From sequence record OZ346228.1: a stretch of DNA of 64,000 bases; one strand, 5' to 3'. The DNA is from a phage. This document shows positions 18,929-30,100 of this stretch, in pieces; position 1 is the stretch's first letter, and every line of letters starts with the position of its first letter. The notes under the pieces were generated by a model that did no database searches, was not told where the DNA came from, and was given only the letters and a program-made list of their open reading frames with translations. Position numbers and translations under genes: made by a program.

Positions 18929-21526
18929 ATGCGTATTCAACATAACATTGATAACGTATTTCAGATGATTGAGGGGCACAGGAAGTGCCTCGATAACAAC
19001 ACAGGTATTACCAACACCTCTACACAAAATAAGCTAGTAAACCCTGATGGTCTTATAGCTGCAGGGTGGGCAGGTAATAAGATAAATAATGATTGGGCAA
19101 TGCATGAGTCCCAAGCTGTGTTGATTCTGGGATACATTGAAGCATATAGGGCATCGAAAAGCGATTTCTATCTGGATAGGGCAAAAGATGCTTGGGAAGC
19201 TTACAATAGTCATCTTCTGGGTACATATGCAGTAGAAAGTAAAATGCAAAGATTGTCCCACTACCCTCTATCCACAGATGGGGTTCCATCACATGGTGGG
19301 TTTAAAGATGTGGTGGTGTCTTTTACCAACGGTAGAGGAAAAATCCCAGCTGGATCTCCGACATGGGGGGAATACCTTGACAAGGCATTCCAAGCGTATA
19401 ACGGTGTGTTAGGAAGAAACACTGTAGACTCTGATGTTTACGGTGGCACAGATGCTAACCCAGATTGGACAACATCCGGATTAAGTTGGTGGGTTGAGTG
19501 GTACATAGCATGGGATGGTAACCGCTATTGGGCTAACGGTAGCATAGCCGACAGTGGTCATACGTCTGTAGAGTTCGGCACAATCCAATTACAAGATAAG
19601 GGTGTTACAGGCAGCCACAAGGTAACCTATTGTGTAAGATTACCTCAAGAGCAGGGCGGATCGGTGATACCTGCTGGATCCCCTGTAATTGTAAATCCTA
19701 TAAACGTGGTTGCAGATAATCAGGCCCCAGAGTTGGACGGGGAAGAAATGTGGTGTGACGCTTGTTATCAACTCTACACCTTGACAGGTGAGGAAAAGTA
19801 TTACACCGCATTTAAACAGTCTTACAACAAGTTGCTTAATTTCAGTGATATAAACGCCTACGACAAGCTGTTTAGAAAGACCACGTTGATTAAGGCACCG
19901 TTTACAGACGGTACTTGTCTTGTTGCAGGAACAGTTCCTGTCATGAGCAGAGACAGTGACGGGTATATCAACTTTAGAATGAACGCACGCCAGCCTTGCG
20001 AAATAATTCAAAAAGGGACTACATACAAAATAGGCAGAGATGCTGAAATTGTTATGAATTTCGGAGGAGAAGGGGTTCTGTTCCAGCCACATTTCATCCT
20101 TAATGATGGCAACAATAACAAAAAACAGTACAGGATAGGGGTTCCTTTTGGAGGGGCAGAGGTAACAGAAATAGTTGCCAAGGTTACTGATTTCGTAGAG
20201 GTAGTTGGTAAAGACGGTAATCCGTACCTTTTACCTAAAGAGGAAAACATTGCCGTGAGCGGTGGTGCCAGTGTTAGTATGCAGTACGCTACTGACATTT
20301 ACAACCACTCTGACAACTTCACCCGTTGTAATATAGCAAGAGGCAAAGTAACTTTCAATTTTGGAAGAGAGATTTCTTTAAACTCAGTAACTTATCGATC
20401 AGATGATGAGATGGTAAGGGTCAAATTTCTTGACAAAGACAGGTGGTTATGGTATGCTGATCTATATGCCACTAATGGACAATGGATAACAGAAACTCTT
20501 ACTCTAGGAGATTTCAAACTAGATCCGACACAACCTCATCACACTGAAGAAGAGATTAAACCTTTCTTTGCTAATCCTAAGGGACTCACCTCTGTAGATT
20601 TCACCCTAAGCGACAGGCAGATAGGTAATGGCTTGTTTGATCTATATTGCGTCAACACACTGCCGCAATTCTATATTGCAGATAGGGATGCTTATCTAAT
20701 CTGGTTTAGCGTATGGATGGCAAGCAAGACAGAATCAACCGCTAAGGTTGGTGATTGCTATGTCAGAAACTACAAGCAAGGTGCATACAGGCACACACCA
20801 GGTGTGTTCCCTGCCGGAAAGGTGATAGATAAGGAAAACTATCTCTTAGAGGAAAGGCCAAATTGGCCCTACCCAGGCATGCAATACCCAGCAGTCTACT
20901 GCATGGGTGCAGAAAACATAGATCGCCATAGATTGTCAAATACAATAGGCTTTCTGTATGACGCTCAAGTCTGGTATAATAATACATTTAAGACAGAGGG
21001 TCCAGTTGCCTCACGTTATGTATGGCAGAGAGGTAATGAAGGGTTGACTGGTTGGTGGGAGATGGTAGATAACTCTAAGCTCCAGTCAAGATCTTTTGTT
21101 GCTGCGTGCCGCACAATATATGAGCTCAAGAAACATAAAGAACCTGTTGATGAAAGACTGTTCCTGTTCTGCCAGAAATGGGCATGGTTCCTCAACAGAT
21201 TCCAGTCATCTCATTCAGGAAATCTGCCTACAGACTTTAACACCTCTGGGGGATACTCTTATCAAGACAGAGGGGACAGGATGTGGGTGGTAGGTGAATG
21301 GCTTGCAGGTTGCTGCTGGCTAGGTCTGTGCGGGTATTCAGAGACAATACCCCAAATAGATATTGTTGTAGAAGCCTGTGTGAAGCTACTGCAAAAGCAC
21401 CACTTCATTAATGGGGATAATGTTTTAAACGGCTGCTGGGCAGTTTCTGATCCGGTAGGCTATCACTCTGGCGAAATCCTTCGCGGTCTGGGCCTCTATG
21501 CTCAATACCGTGGATTGTACCTTTAA
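18929..21526 (+). CDS. tail spike-like protein with putative polysaccharide-degrading domain
   Basis: 865 aa; Trp/Tyr-rich with alpha/alpha-barrel-like glycoside hydrolase flavour; start 2 nt after stop of anchor-domain gene. Confidence 0.4.
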   Translation: MRIQHNIDNVFQMIEGHRKCLDNNTGITNTSTQNKLVNPDGLIAAGWAGNKINNDWAMHESQAVLILGYIEAYRASKSDFYLDRAKDAWEAYNSHLLGTYAVESKMQRLSHYPLSTDGVPSHGGFKDVVVSFTNGRGKIPAGSPTWGEYLDKAFQAYNGVLGRNTVDSDVYGGTDANPDWTTSGLSWWVEWYIAWDGNRYWANGSIADSGHTSVEFGTIQLQDKGVTGSHKVTYCVRLPQEQGGSVIPAGSPVIVNPINVVADNQAPELDGEEMWCDACYQLYTLTGEEKYYTAFKQSYNKLLNFSDINAYDKLFRKTTLIKAPFTDGTCLVAGTVPVMSRDSDGYINFRMNARQPCEIIQKGTTYKIGRDAEIVMNFGGEGVLFQPHFILNDGNNNKKQYRIGVPFGGAEVTEIVAKVTDFVEVVGKDGNPYLLPKEENIAVSGGASVSMQYATDIYNHSDNFTRCNIARGKVTFNFGREISLNSVTYRSDDEMVRVKFLDKDRWLWYADLYATNGQWITETLTLGDFKLDPTQPHHTEEEIKPFFANPKGLTSVDFTLSDRQIGNGLFDLYCVNTLPQFYIADRDAYLIWFSVWMASKTESTAKVGDCYVRNYKQGAYRHTPGVFPAGKVIDKENYLLEERPNWPYPGMQYPAVYCMGAENIDRHRLSNTIGFLYDAQVWYNNTFKTEGPVASRYVWQRGNEGLTGWWEMVDNSKLQSRSFVAACRTIYELKKHKEPVDERLFLFCQKWAWFLNRFQSSHSGNLPTDFNTSGGYSYQDRGDRMWVVGEWLAGCCWLGLCGYSETIPQIDIVVEACVKLLQKHHFINGDNVLNGCWAVSDPVGYHSGEILRGLGLYAQYRGLYL

Positions 21527-21530
21527 CATA

Positions 21531-21550
21531 GGGGGCTGTTTGCCCCCTTT
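21531..21550 (+). terminator. weak hairpin (possible attenuator)
   Basis: GGGGGC-TGTTT-GCCCCC followed by only TTT. Confidence 0.3.
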
Positions 21551-21561
21551 CAGGAGAAAGA

Positions 21562-22713
21562 ATGGCTGATATTAAAGTTGTCAGAATTGAATCTCTTCCT
21601 GCCACTACCGCAGTGACAGAGGATGATTACCTGGTTGTTCAACAACCAGACCTGACCCGTCGTGTAAAAATTGGCGATGTTGTCCATGTTGATGGGACTG
21701 TTTCTCATGTAATCTCCTTTAAGGAAGGTGGTAAGTTAAACGGCCCAATGGATTTTGCCTACTTCGAAGAGGAAGACCTCTACCTGCGTTGGAAAGGCGA
21801 ATTTCCACACACTGTTCCTGCACTGTCTTCACCGTACTCCGATGGTGGGATTACTGACGCTGCATGGATGGTATATACTGACCCGTCCTTAAGGGAGGAG
21901 CTGGAATCTACCATTGGCGCATCTATGATCATGACAGCCGAAGGGCAGTCTGTCCAGGATGTAATGGATGTTACTGTTCAGACAGCTAACGATGCCAAAG
22001 CACTTGCACAGCGTGTAGATTTTGGTACAGTGCACACTGTAGGCGATGTTATTCACCTTGATAACTTTGTTGGCCCTGCAGTTATTGAAGAGGGAAGAAC
22101 TACCAACTACCCTTCTGTAGCAGCTGGTGAAAAATTTCTGAACGGTGTGGTATCTCGTCGTGATACTACAACTGTTGATGGTATTTTCCGTGGCGCTACC
22201 ACCGGAGCCATGTACACCATTGCAGTAACCAACGGTGTAGCAACAACGAAAAGAATAGCACTTCGTGATGAATTTAAACGCCTAGAGGCAAACAACCCAA
22301 CAAGAACAGTTATCCGTGCTGGAGATGATTTAAATACGGCAGGGTACTTGCAGCTTGATGCAACAGGCCGTTGGGGTATGTGGAACCAACAAACAGCTTC
22401 GTGGCAACCTCTTGCTATAGAGCAAGGCGGCACAGGGGCTACAACTTTAGCATATGCTCAGAATCTGTTCAAAGTTCCTATAGCAGCAGGTGTAAAAGAC
22501 TTCTTAACACTGCCAAGAACTGCAGGAATGGAAGATGGGAAATACTACCCAATCATCGTTAGAACAGATCCGTATTACGCCCCTTCGACAGGTACAGATA
22601 TTACTATAGTCACCAGGTCTTCATCTGGAAATGACCCTATGAACTGTGCCACCCTGCAGTGTCACTATAGAACTGGCGGCTGGACGGGCAGGGGGACTCT
22701 TTCTACGGGGTAG
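21562..22713 (+). CDS. tail fibre/spike protein with shared N-terminal anchor domain
   Basis: 383 aa; N-terminus paralogous to 18259..18927; RBS CAGGAG. Confidence 0.45.
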   Translation: MADIKVVRIESLPATTAVTEDDYLVVQQPDLTRRVKIGDVVHVDGTVSHVISFKEGGKLNGPMDFAYFEEEDLYLRWKGEFPHTVPALSSPYSDGGITDAAWMVYTDPSLREELESTIGASMIMTAEGQSVQDVMDVTVQTANDAKALAQRVDFGTVHTVGDVIHLDNFVGPAVIEEGRTTNYPSVAAGEKFLNGVVSRRDTTTVDGIFRGATTGAMYTIAVTNGVATTKRIALRDEFKRLEANNPTRTVIRAGDDLNTAGYLQLDATGRWGMWNQQTASWQPLAIEQGGTGATTLAYAQNLFKVPIAAGVKDFLTLPRTAGMEDGKYYPIIVRTDPYYAPSTGTDITIVTRSSSGNDPMNCATLQCHYRTGGWTGRGTLSTG

Positions 22714-22748
22714 TAAATTTCTACCAGAATGAAAAAGCACTTCTTGGG

Positions 22749-25157
22749 ATGGTTGCTCCAACAAGGGGTAAACAAGAGTATGTTGCTTTCTATGCAGAGG
22801 CTCGTGCTTTCCCTGTCAGCATATACGCAAGTAGAAATGTTGTCGAAGTGTTTACCAGAGAGCAAGATTATCAAGTCGGCTCTGTAACAAACAATCAGAA
22901 TGGGGTTAAGTTCGTTGCACCTCTTCAATCAGCAGATTTGAATCTTGCTATTCTTGGATATAACAACACCAATACCAGACCTATTGTTGACTTCAAAGGT
23001 ACTTCAGGATTCTACACTGGTGGCGGCACACAGTGGCACTATATAGGTTCTGCTGAACGCTATGCTGTGATGAGCAAAATGAATATGCCAAAAGTCGAGC
23101 TATGGGCAGACGGTCTTGACTATTTGTGCTACGGCAGTCCTAGAAAGGCGTTATTCTCTAATGCAGGATTCCAGTGTGCATCCGATGGGACAGAGGATCT
23201 GACTAACGGTACGTTTACCTCTAAATGCGGTAATGGTGCTGGTCTCAAAGGTCAGGCAGAGTTCAGATCTACTCCGGAAGCGGGTCAAGTTATTGTTCGC
23301 GATGTTGTAGGCACAGCTCATAGATTCTACAACTTCAACAAGGATGGTACTTTCTCAGCACCAGGTGGTTTTGTATGCCACACAGGTGCAGACTGGAACA
23401 ACCAGTTCGGGAATAACAACCCTTCTAAAATAATGGCAGGCAATGTCAACGGACCTGAAGGATCGATGGTTGTTGGTGGGTTGTCTGTGGCATTTTCTGG
23501 AAACTACGCTTTCCAGATGGCAGGTCGTTTAGATCAGCTGTACACTCGTTCCATAGAGCAGGGAAACCACAGAGCGTGGAACAAAGTTATTCAGCACCGT
23601 GGTCAAGGGTTGGGAACTAATGACCTTAACGACTACAAGGCAGATCGTGAAGGGATTTACCATCAAGAGGCAAATGCCAACGCCACAGCGGAAAGAAATT
23701 ACCCACCAGGGCAGCAGATGGCTGGTACGCTGATCGTTCTTAGGAACTCCGCTAACGAAGGAACAGGTTGTATCCAGATATATAAAATGTATCTTGGTGG
23801 AACATGGGAAAGGTATTACAATAACCTTGGCAGCGGAATGGCTTGGAGCCCTTGGAAGAGAACAAGCTTCCCAGAAAACACCACCGCTCCAGGTATGCCT
23901 GACTTGTGGTTGCCTTTAACCTCTAACCTAAAACCTGCACTGGGTGAAGGTGAGATGGTCTTCTCCAGACCTTCTACAGCAACCTATTTCACTAAGCGTG
24001 GTGTTATGGCTGTTGCACAAGCAAACCAACCACGTTTTGAAAGAGATGGTCTGCTTATTGAAGGGCGAAGGACAAACCTAATGCTTAACAGTGAAGACCC
24101 TAGTAAATGGGGAGCCAGTCAACTGATTACTGTTGGTGGTACTGTGACAAACACCAACGGCACAAAAGGTGCAAGATTTACAGTAAACACTGCATCCGGT
24201 GTGGAAACAACAGCGTTAAACCTTGCTACAGTTCCAGCCACCAGAGGTGCCGATGTAACAGGTGCTGAGAAATTCTGTACTGGGTCTATTATTGCAAGGG
24301 GAGGTAAAGCGAACCAGAGATTACGTATAAGATTCGACATGTACGACGGATCCACCACAACATTTCAAGGTGATGCTTATGTTAACCTGTCAACACTTGA
24401 AGTTAAAACAACAGGTGTTGCAGCGGGGAGAATTAAAGTAAAAGCTGAGAGATGGCAAACAGCCGGACCTGCTTGGATAAGGGTTGTTGCTACGTTTGAG
24501 GCAGTGTCCTCTGACAGGAATATCGGTTGCCAGTTCCAGATTGCCCCGCCGGAGAGTTCTCAACATGCCGTAGGGGATTGGGTTGACGTTGCAATACCTC
24601 AGTTTGAGTTGGGATCTTGTGAGTCCTCGTTTATCCCTACAGGGTCTTCACCTGTAACCAGGGCGGCAGATCTTTGTAAATTCCCAATGACGGATAACCT
24701 AGCGCCCAGACCATTCACTATCGCCGCTACGGTTGATGCCAACTGGAGAGGCTGGGGCAAAGCTCCTAACGCAGCCCCTAGGGTTATTGATACAGAGGGT
24801 CATCAATCCGGTGCTGCATTTATCATGGGGTTTGGCTCTGCAACAAATATTGCGGAGGACGGTCATCCATACTGTGATATTGGAGGGTCAAACAGACGTG
24901 TTTACGAGATGGCTAAAGCCCGTAAATTGAAAATTGGGTTCAGGATAAAAGATGACGGTAAAACCTGCTCTTTTGCTAACGGACTGGTGAGCACGGAAAC
25001 GCAGTCTTCTTGGGAATTCCTAGCAGGAGGCGCTTTCATCCGCATTGGTGGTCAAACGGCGACAGGTGAAAGACACTTATTTGGTCATATTAAGGACATA
25101 AGAGTTTGGAACTCTGCACTGACAGACACCCAGCTTATGATGGAGAGTGTTGAATAA
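22749..25157 (+). CDS. tail fibre protein with knob-like and lectin (LamG-like) C-terminal domain (putative)
   Basis: 802 aa; Gly/Asn/Thr-rich fibre-like composition; C-terminal motif HLFGHIKDIRVWNSALTDTQL resembles concanavalin-like lectin domains. Confidence 0.45.
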   Translation: MVAPTRGKQEYVAFYAEARAFPVSIYASRNVVEVFTREQDYQVGSVTNNQNGVKFVAPLQSADLNLAILGYNNTNTRPIVDFKGTSGFYTGGGTQWHYIGSAERYAVMSKMNMPKVELWADGLDYLCYGSPRKALFSNAGFQCASDGTEDLTNGTFTSKCGNGAGLKGQAEFRSTPEAGQVIVRDVVGTAHRFYNFNKDGTFSAPGGFVCHTGADWNNQFGNNNPSKIMAGNVNGPEGSMVVGGLSVAFSGNYAFQMAGRLDQLYTRSIEQGNHRAWNKVIQHRGQGLGTNDLNDYKADREGIYHQEANANATAERNYPPGQQMAGTLIVLRNSANEGTGCIQIYKMYLGGTWERYYNNLGSGMAWSPWKRTSFPENTTAPGMPDLWLPLTSNLKPALGEGEMVFSRPSTATYFTKRGVMAVAQANQPRFERDGLLIEGRRTNLMLNSEDPSKWGASQLITVGGTVTNTNGTKGARFTVNTASGVETTALNLATVPATRGADVTGAEKFCTGSIIARGGKANQRLRIRFDMYDGSTTTFQGDAYVNLSTLEVKTTGVAAGRIKVKAERWQTAGPAWIRVVATFEAVSSDRNIGCQFQIAPPESSQHAVGDWVDVAIPQFELGSCESSFIPTGSSPVTRAADLCKFPMTDNLAPRPFTIAATVDANWRGWGKAPNAAPRVIDTEGHQSGAAFIMGFGSATNIAEDGHPYCDIGGSNRRVYEMAKARKLKIGFRIKDDGKTCSFANGLVSTETQSSWEFLAGGAFIRIGGQTATGERHLFGHIKDIRVWNSALTDTQLMMESVE

Positions 25158-25489
25158 TGAATACTTTTACCCTTGGGTTTACTGACAGGGAGGATTTTAA
25201 CGGTTTCATGGACGAAATCGGCTTTTACGAGAATGAGGTGTTGCAAAACACCCTTCTTGTAGAGGTTGTCGGGTTCATTTACACAGAGACTGGAGACACT
25301 TATGAGGCCGAAGATGAATTTGGCAACATGGTTGTCTACCCGGTTTGCGAGAAAAGTGAATTGTTTTATGTTAACGTTCTGGCTCTGGACGAGGATGCAG
25401 AAAACATCGTCTCTAAAAGCGGAAAAGTTGTAGATCCGATAAGGTTGAACATGTTCGACCCATCAGTATCCACCTTGGAAGCACTTTAA
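25157..25489 (+). CDS. hypothetical acidic protein (possible fibre chaperone)
   Basis: 110 aa, start overlaps upstream stop (TAATG); followed by terminator. Confidence 0.3.
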   Translation: MNTFTLGFTDREDFNGFMDEIGFYENEVLQNTLLVEVVGFIYTETGDTYEAEDEFGNMVVYPVCEKSELFYVNVLALDEDAENIVSKSGKVVDPIRLNMFDPSVSTLEAL

Positions 25490-25495
25490 AGTATT

Positions 25496-25521
25496 GCCCT
25501 CGCTTCGGCGGGGGCTTTTTG
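25496..25521 (+). terminator. rho-independent terminator
   Basis: GCCCTCGC-TTCG-GCGGGGGC then TTTTT. Confidence 0.7.
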
Positions 25522-25527
25522 TTTGTA

Positions 25528-25556
25528 TTGCGTATTAACTTAAAATCTGGTAAAAT
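25528..25556 (+). promoter_or_regulatory. sigma70-like promoter, extended -10
   Basis: TTGCGT, 17-nt spacer, TGgTAAAAT. Confidence 0.45.
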
Positions 25557-25587
25557 AACTATCATGATTGTTTAACCTGGAGGCACA

Positions 25588-26178
25588 ATGTTTTTATGGG
25601 AAAGGCCTAGATACCTTCCGGATATTAGATTGGAGCTGCTGGCAGATATTGTTACGTTTAAAAGTCCGTTTACAGGTAAAACGCAAAAAGTAACCTATGC
25701 CACACCTAATTGGAAAGGCACTTTGACAGTTTCCAATATCAGCGAGTCACAGTTGCTGGAGCTTAAGAGCTTTGTTGATCAGGTGTATAGAGATGGAAAC
25801 ATCTTTCTTATTAAAACTTACGGTCACTCAGTTACAGCTAATGAGCCAATCGCCCTTGGGCCTACTGGTAACGACGATTTTTTGAAGACGGTTGGGTGGG
25901 AGCCAAACAGAGACATAGCTAGAGCTGGGGATAAAATATCTGTCAATGATGAATTGAAAGTGGTAACAGCTCCAGTGCGTAGCGATGGTGTTGGGTCTGC
26001 TGTTATAAGCATATCTCCAAGACTTAGAAAACCTATTGCCGCAGGTGACACTATGAAGATAATAACTCAATCCCCGAAGGGTAGGTTTCATATCAGAGAT
26101 ATTTATAAAATTAAGCAAAAAGTCGATGCTATGCAAAAAGGTGATAATATAGTTATCAACTTCTTTGAGGATTTCTAA
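25588..26178 (+). CDS. tail tip/minor tail protein (hypothetical)
   Basis: 196 aa after promoter TTGCGT-17-TGgTAAAAT and RBS GGAGG; upstream of NlpC/P60 and J-like genes. Confidence 0.35.
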   Translation: MFLWERPRYLPDIRLELLADIVTFKSPFTGKTQKVTYATPNWKGTLTVSNISESQLLELKSFVDQVYRDGNIFLIKTYGHSVTANEPIALGPTGNDDFLKTVGWEPNRDIARAGDKISVNDELKVVTAPVRSDGVGSAVISISPRLRKPIAAGDTMKIITQSPKGRFHIRDIYKIKQKVDAMQKGDNIVINFFEDF

Positions 26179-26179
26179 G

Positions 26180-26731
26180 ATGATCAGAGCGCCATTAGAT
26201 AATTTATTTCTTGAAAAGCTGGAGCTTGATGGTGTTGAGATCTTAATTGCTGCAAAGCTGGAGCTACCGACAGGAACTGTCAGGGTGTGCTCAGGCACTG
26301 GTGTTGTAGTAATTGAGGGGCAACATTTTATAGGGATAGGTGGATCAGCAACGTTAACTGCTGTGTCTGAGAAAGATGCCACCAACTTCGGATCTGTGGT
26401 AGCGACATTGAACGGGTTTGATCCTAAGTATGTGGGTGATCTGCTAAAGACTGAGTATTCTGGTTGTCGTGCCACGTTGTACATTACCGCTATGGAGAAT
26501 GGTCTGCCTGTTACAACTAATGGCTTGTTTGACGGCCTTATAACAGATATGGCTATTCAGACAGGTGAGAATAGCGCTTTGTCCATATCCATCTCTTCCA
26601 TCTTTAACAGTTGGTTAAGAGGTTTTCCTTATCGGTACACGGAGGAAAGCCACAGCTCAAGAAACGATAATGACAGATTTTTTAAATATGTGGATCAGGT
26701 GGCGAGCCGCCCGATCATTTGGGAGGTTTAA
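26180..26731 (+). CDS. tail tip/minor tail protein (hypothetical)
   Basis: ATG 26180 two nt after upstream stop; lambda gpL-position relative to K-like and J-like genes. Confidence 0.35.
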   Translation: MIRAPLDNLFLEKLELDGVEILIAAKLELPTGTVRVCSGTGVVVIEGQHFIGIGGSATLTAVSEKDATNFGSVVATLNGFDPKYVGDLLKTEYSGCRATLYITAMENGLPVTTNGLFDGLITDMAIQTGENSALSISISSIFNSWLRGFPYRYTEESHSSRNDNDRFFKYVDQVASRPIIWEV

Positions 26732-27156
26732 TGAGCACACACCCTCGTTTAGTGGATTGGCAAGAAAGATTGTGGAAAGTGTTTGACGAAGAGGCCACCA
26801 TACCTTTTGAATGGGGATTCCACGATTGCTGCACCTTTGCAGCTAAGTGTGTTGATGCCCAATACGGAACAGATTTTCTTTCTAACTTCGAAGGAACGTA
26901 TAAAACAGAGTTGGAAAGCAAAAGATGGTGCATGCTCCGTTTCAAAACCACACACCTGCCTACTATTTTTGATCTCTTTATGACTCGACTAGATACTCCT
27001 AAACAGGTTCAGCGTGGCGATATTGTTATCTTCGAAGGTCTGAACGGGCTCACCGCTGGTGTGTTCTGGAACAACCAGATTTGGGCGAAAGGTGATAAAG
27101 GGGTCTTTATGTTCGACATGAAAGATTCTATAGTTGTTGATGTCTGGAGGTATTAA
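26731..27156 (+). CDS. NlpC/P60-family tail protein (lambda gpK-like)
   Basis: 141 aa; Cys-containing motif FHDCCTFAAKCVDAQYG resembling NlpC/P60 catalytic region; immediately upstream of J-like gene. Confidence 0.5.
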   Translation: MSTHPRLVDWQERLWKVFDEEATIPFEWGFHDCCTFAAKCVDAQYGTDFLSNFEGTYKTELESKRWCMLRFKTTHLPTIFDLFMTRLDTPKQVQRGDIVIFEGLNGLTAGVFWNNQIWAKGDKGVFMFDMKDSIVVDVWRY

Positions 27157-30100
27157 TGCCAATTGCAATGATTGATAACATCGTTGCTTCTGCAAGATCT
27201 TCAAGTTATGACTGGAACGCATCCAAGGCAGCTCTGGCTGACAGCCTGAACACTGTTACCACCAGAACTCTGGATAAGATTTTTGAGGGCAACAAATCTT
27301 ACAGAAGTCAGCAAGATAGACAAAAGCTTCTCAGATCTTCTGCTGCACCCTGCTCTGTAGTGTATGGGAAGACACGCACATCCGGATTGCTTGCGTTTTT
27401 GGAGCAGGATAGCGACAGAACTCTCCATTGTGCTATTGTTCTTGCCAATCACCCTCTGGAAGGTATAGAAGATATACTTATCGACGGTAATCCTATTTCC
27501 TCGTATGGAGATCTGGTATCGTGGGAGCTACATAACGACAGAAAAACATCTGATCCTTTCATGGGTACACACTGCCCATCATGGTCACCCGACATGATAG
27601 GTAGAGGGATCAGTTGGCTACGTGCCAGCTTCAGGTTTGACCCTAACAAGTTTCCTTTTGGGTTGCCAAACGTTACACTTGTCAAGGTTGGTAAAAAATG
27701 CTATGATCCTCGTATCAGTAAAGAGGTGTATACCAATAACGCGGCCTTGGTGATCCTAGACTATTTAAGAACGTACCTTAAATGTCCTGACGAAACCATT
27801 AACTGGGAGTCCTTCAAGGAGGCTGCCAACATATGCGACGAGGCGGTAAAAAACGCTGACGGAACCAGTGAGCGACGTTACACCATTAACGGTGAGTTTG
27901 ACATGGATGAGGCCCCAGCAAGCATTATGGCAGAAATGCTGAAAGCTTGTGGTGCAGATCTCAGCTATGTAGCTGGTAAGTATGGTTTGCTGGTTGGTGC
28001 ATACTATGGCCCGGCAACAATGACACTGAGTGAGGATTGTGTCTGTGGTGAGGTCAAGATCTATCCGGAAGCCTCATTTGACAAAAGATCCAACACAATA
28101 ACTGGCAGATTCACCAGTCCTACCAAAGGGTATTCTGAAACAGATTTTCCATCAGTGTTTGTCCCAGAGTGGATAGAGAAGGATGGAGAAAGAAAGATAA
28201 TCGATATAGACTATCGCTTTGTTACCAGTCCTTATCAAGCTCAGCGTGTTTCTGCAATCTTCCTAAGACGTGCCAGAGCTGGCAGGATTATTGAAGTCAC
28301 CTGCAATATGCGAGGTTTCAAATTTAAACCTGGTCGTTACGTTACAATGGACCTCCCAAGTATTGGTATAGTGGGCCAAGAAATGAGGGTTCTTGAATGG
28401 GAGTTCACCAAAAAGGGCGGTGTCAAGGTAAAACTTCGTCAAGATGCTAAAGAGTGGAATGATGCCACAGGGCAACTTCCGGATTCCGGCGATGTAGATA
28501 TTCCGATATCCCCGTCCGGTGTAGCTCAGCCGCAAAACTTCAGATACTCCGTTCTCCAAGCTGGGGAAGTAACTCACGGTGTTTTGGCTTGGGACAACGT
28601 TGGAACTTACGCTCAAAATATTGTGCAGGTAAGAAAGAACGGAGAGATTGTTTGGACAGCACAGACAGTTGAGCAGTTTGTCAAAGTAGAAGGCTTGACC
28701 AAAGGGTCATACACAGCAACCGTGGTTGCAACATCTTATAAAGGTGGTGTATCTCCGGAAGCATATTGTGAGTTCAACATTCAGGCACCTGAAGCTCCTG
28801 TTTCTGTGGAGGTTAAACAGGGATACTTTGCTATTACCCTGATCCCGCACAGCAGAGACTTGGCTAGTGTAAGCACCCAGTACGACTTTTGGACATCTGG
28901 GATGACAAGATTGCCAGATACCAGTGATGCAACCGTTACTTCAAAAGCCACTCGTATGGGTGTTGGTTCAACTTGGACATCTGAAGGTCTGCAGAACGAT
29001 AAGATTTATTACTGGTATATCAGGACAACAAATGCTTTTGGTTCATCTGCTTTTGTGGAGTGTGCAGCCCACTGTTACACATCCATAGAAGATCTTATGC
29101 CACAGATTGATGCTGAGTTCAAAAAGACAGAGACTTATAAAGAGCTTACCGCCAATCTTGATAATGCAGTCAAGGAAATGGATAAAAATGTTGGTGCAGT
29201 CAATGACCGTGTTACTAGCATTTTTGAAGAGCTTGGGGATACAATAGAGGGTGTTGTCAGAGAGACGACAGAAAAATTTACAGGGGTTAATGGAGAAATT
29301 TCTGCCCTTAACAGTAAGCTGGTAGCAGCTCAGCAATCATTTGACGATAAACTTGCAGCAGAGTCTGGTAGGCTTGGGTCACTAATCGAGACAACAAATA
29401 GATCAACCGTTGATCTTGTTAATCGTAAAACTCAAGCATTGAGTGAGCAAATAACTGCAACTCAAGGTACTCTGCGGGAAGAGTTGAAGAACACTGAGAG
29501 CAAACTTAACTCCTCTATTCAAGAAACCAACAAGGCAACAACAGATCTGCTAAATAAGACAACGGAAGCTATTAAGCAGGATCTGGTGGCAGCTACAGGG
29601 AAGATCACCAAGCTGGAAGATGATGTGCAGAAAGAGGTTGCCAATCTGCAAGCATCTATTCAAGAAACTAACAGTACAACAGTTGATCTTGTTAATAATA
29701 CAGCCACAGCGATCCGTCAAGAACTTACCTCTGCAAAACAAGAAATTGTTGACGAAATGGGTAATATTGATGAGCTCAGGGCTACAGTATCTAATACCTC
29801 TAAAGCTGTAACAACACTTGAGGGTAAAATAAATGCTCAGTGGGGAGCTAAGATTCAGGTAGACTCTGCAGGGAATAAGTATGTTGCAGGTATCCAGCTA
29901 GGCATGGAGGGGTCTGGAGGACAAGTTCAATCCTACTTCATGGTTAGTGCAAACAATTTTGCGGTATACAACCCTGGAAATGGAACAGCAACCCTTGCTT
30001 TCGCAATCAAGAACAACCAAGCGTTCTTGAAAGACGCTTTTATAGAGAATGGCACGATCTCCTCTGCCAAGATCGCACAAGAAATTTCGTCAAACAACTA

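Noticed and set aside
22671-22749. Possible -1 frameshift fusing 21562..22713 to 22749..25157
   Set aside because: The -1 frame is open across the junction, but the overlap has no canonical X XXY YYZ slippery heptamer (only a G-run); two separate genes is the simpler reading. Mentioned under the receptor-binding module finding as unresolved.
25828-26484. 218-aa reverse-strand ORF spanning two + genes
   Set aside because: Overlaps two well-supported + strand genes with RBSs and coupled starts; likely spurious.
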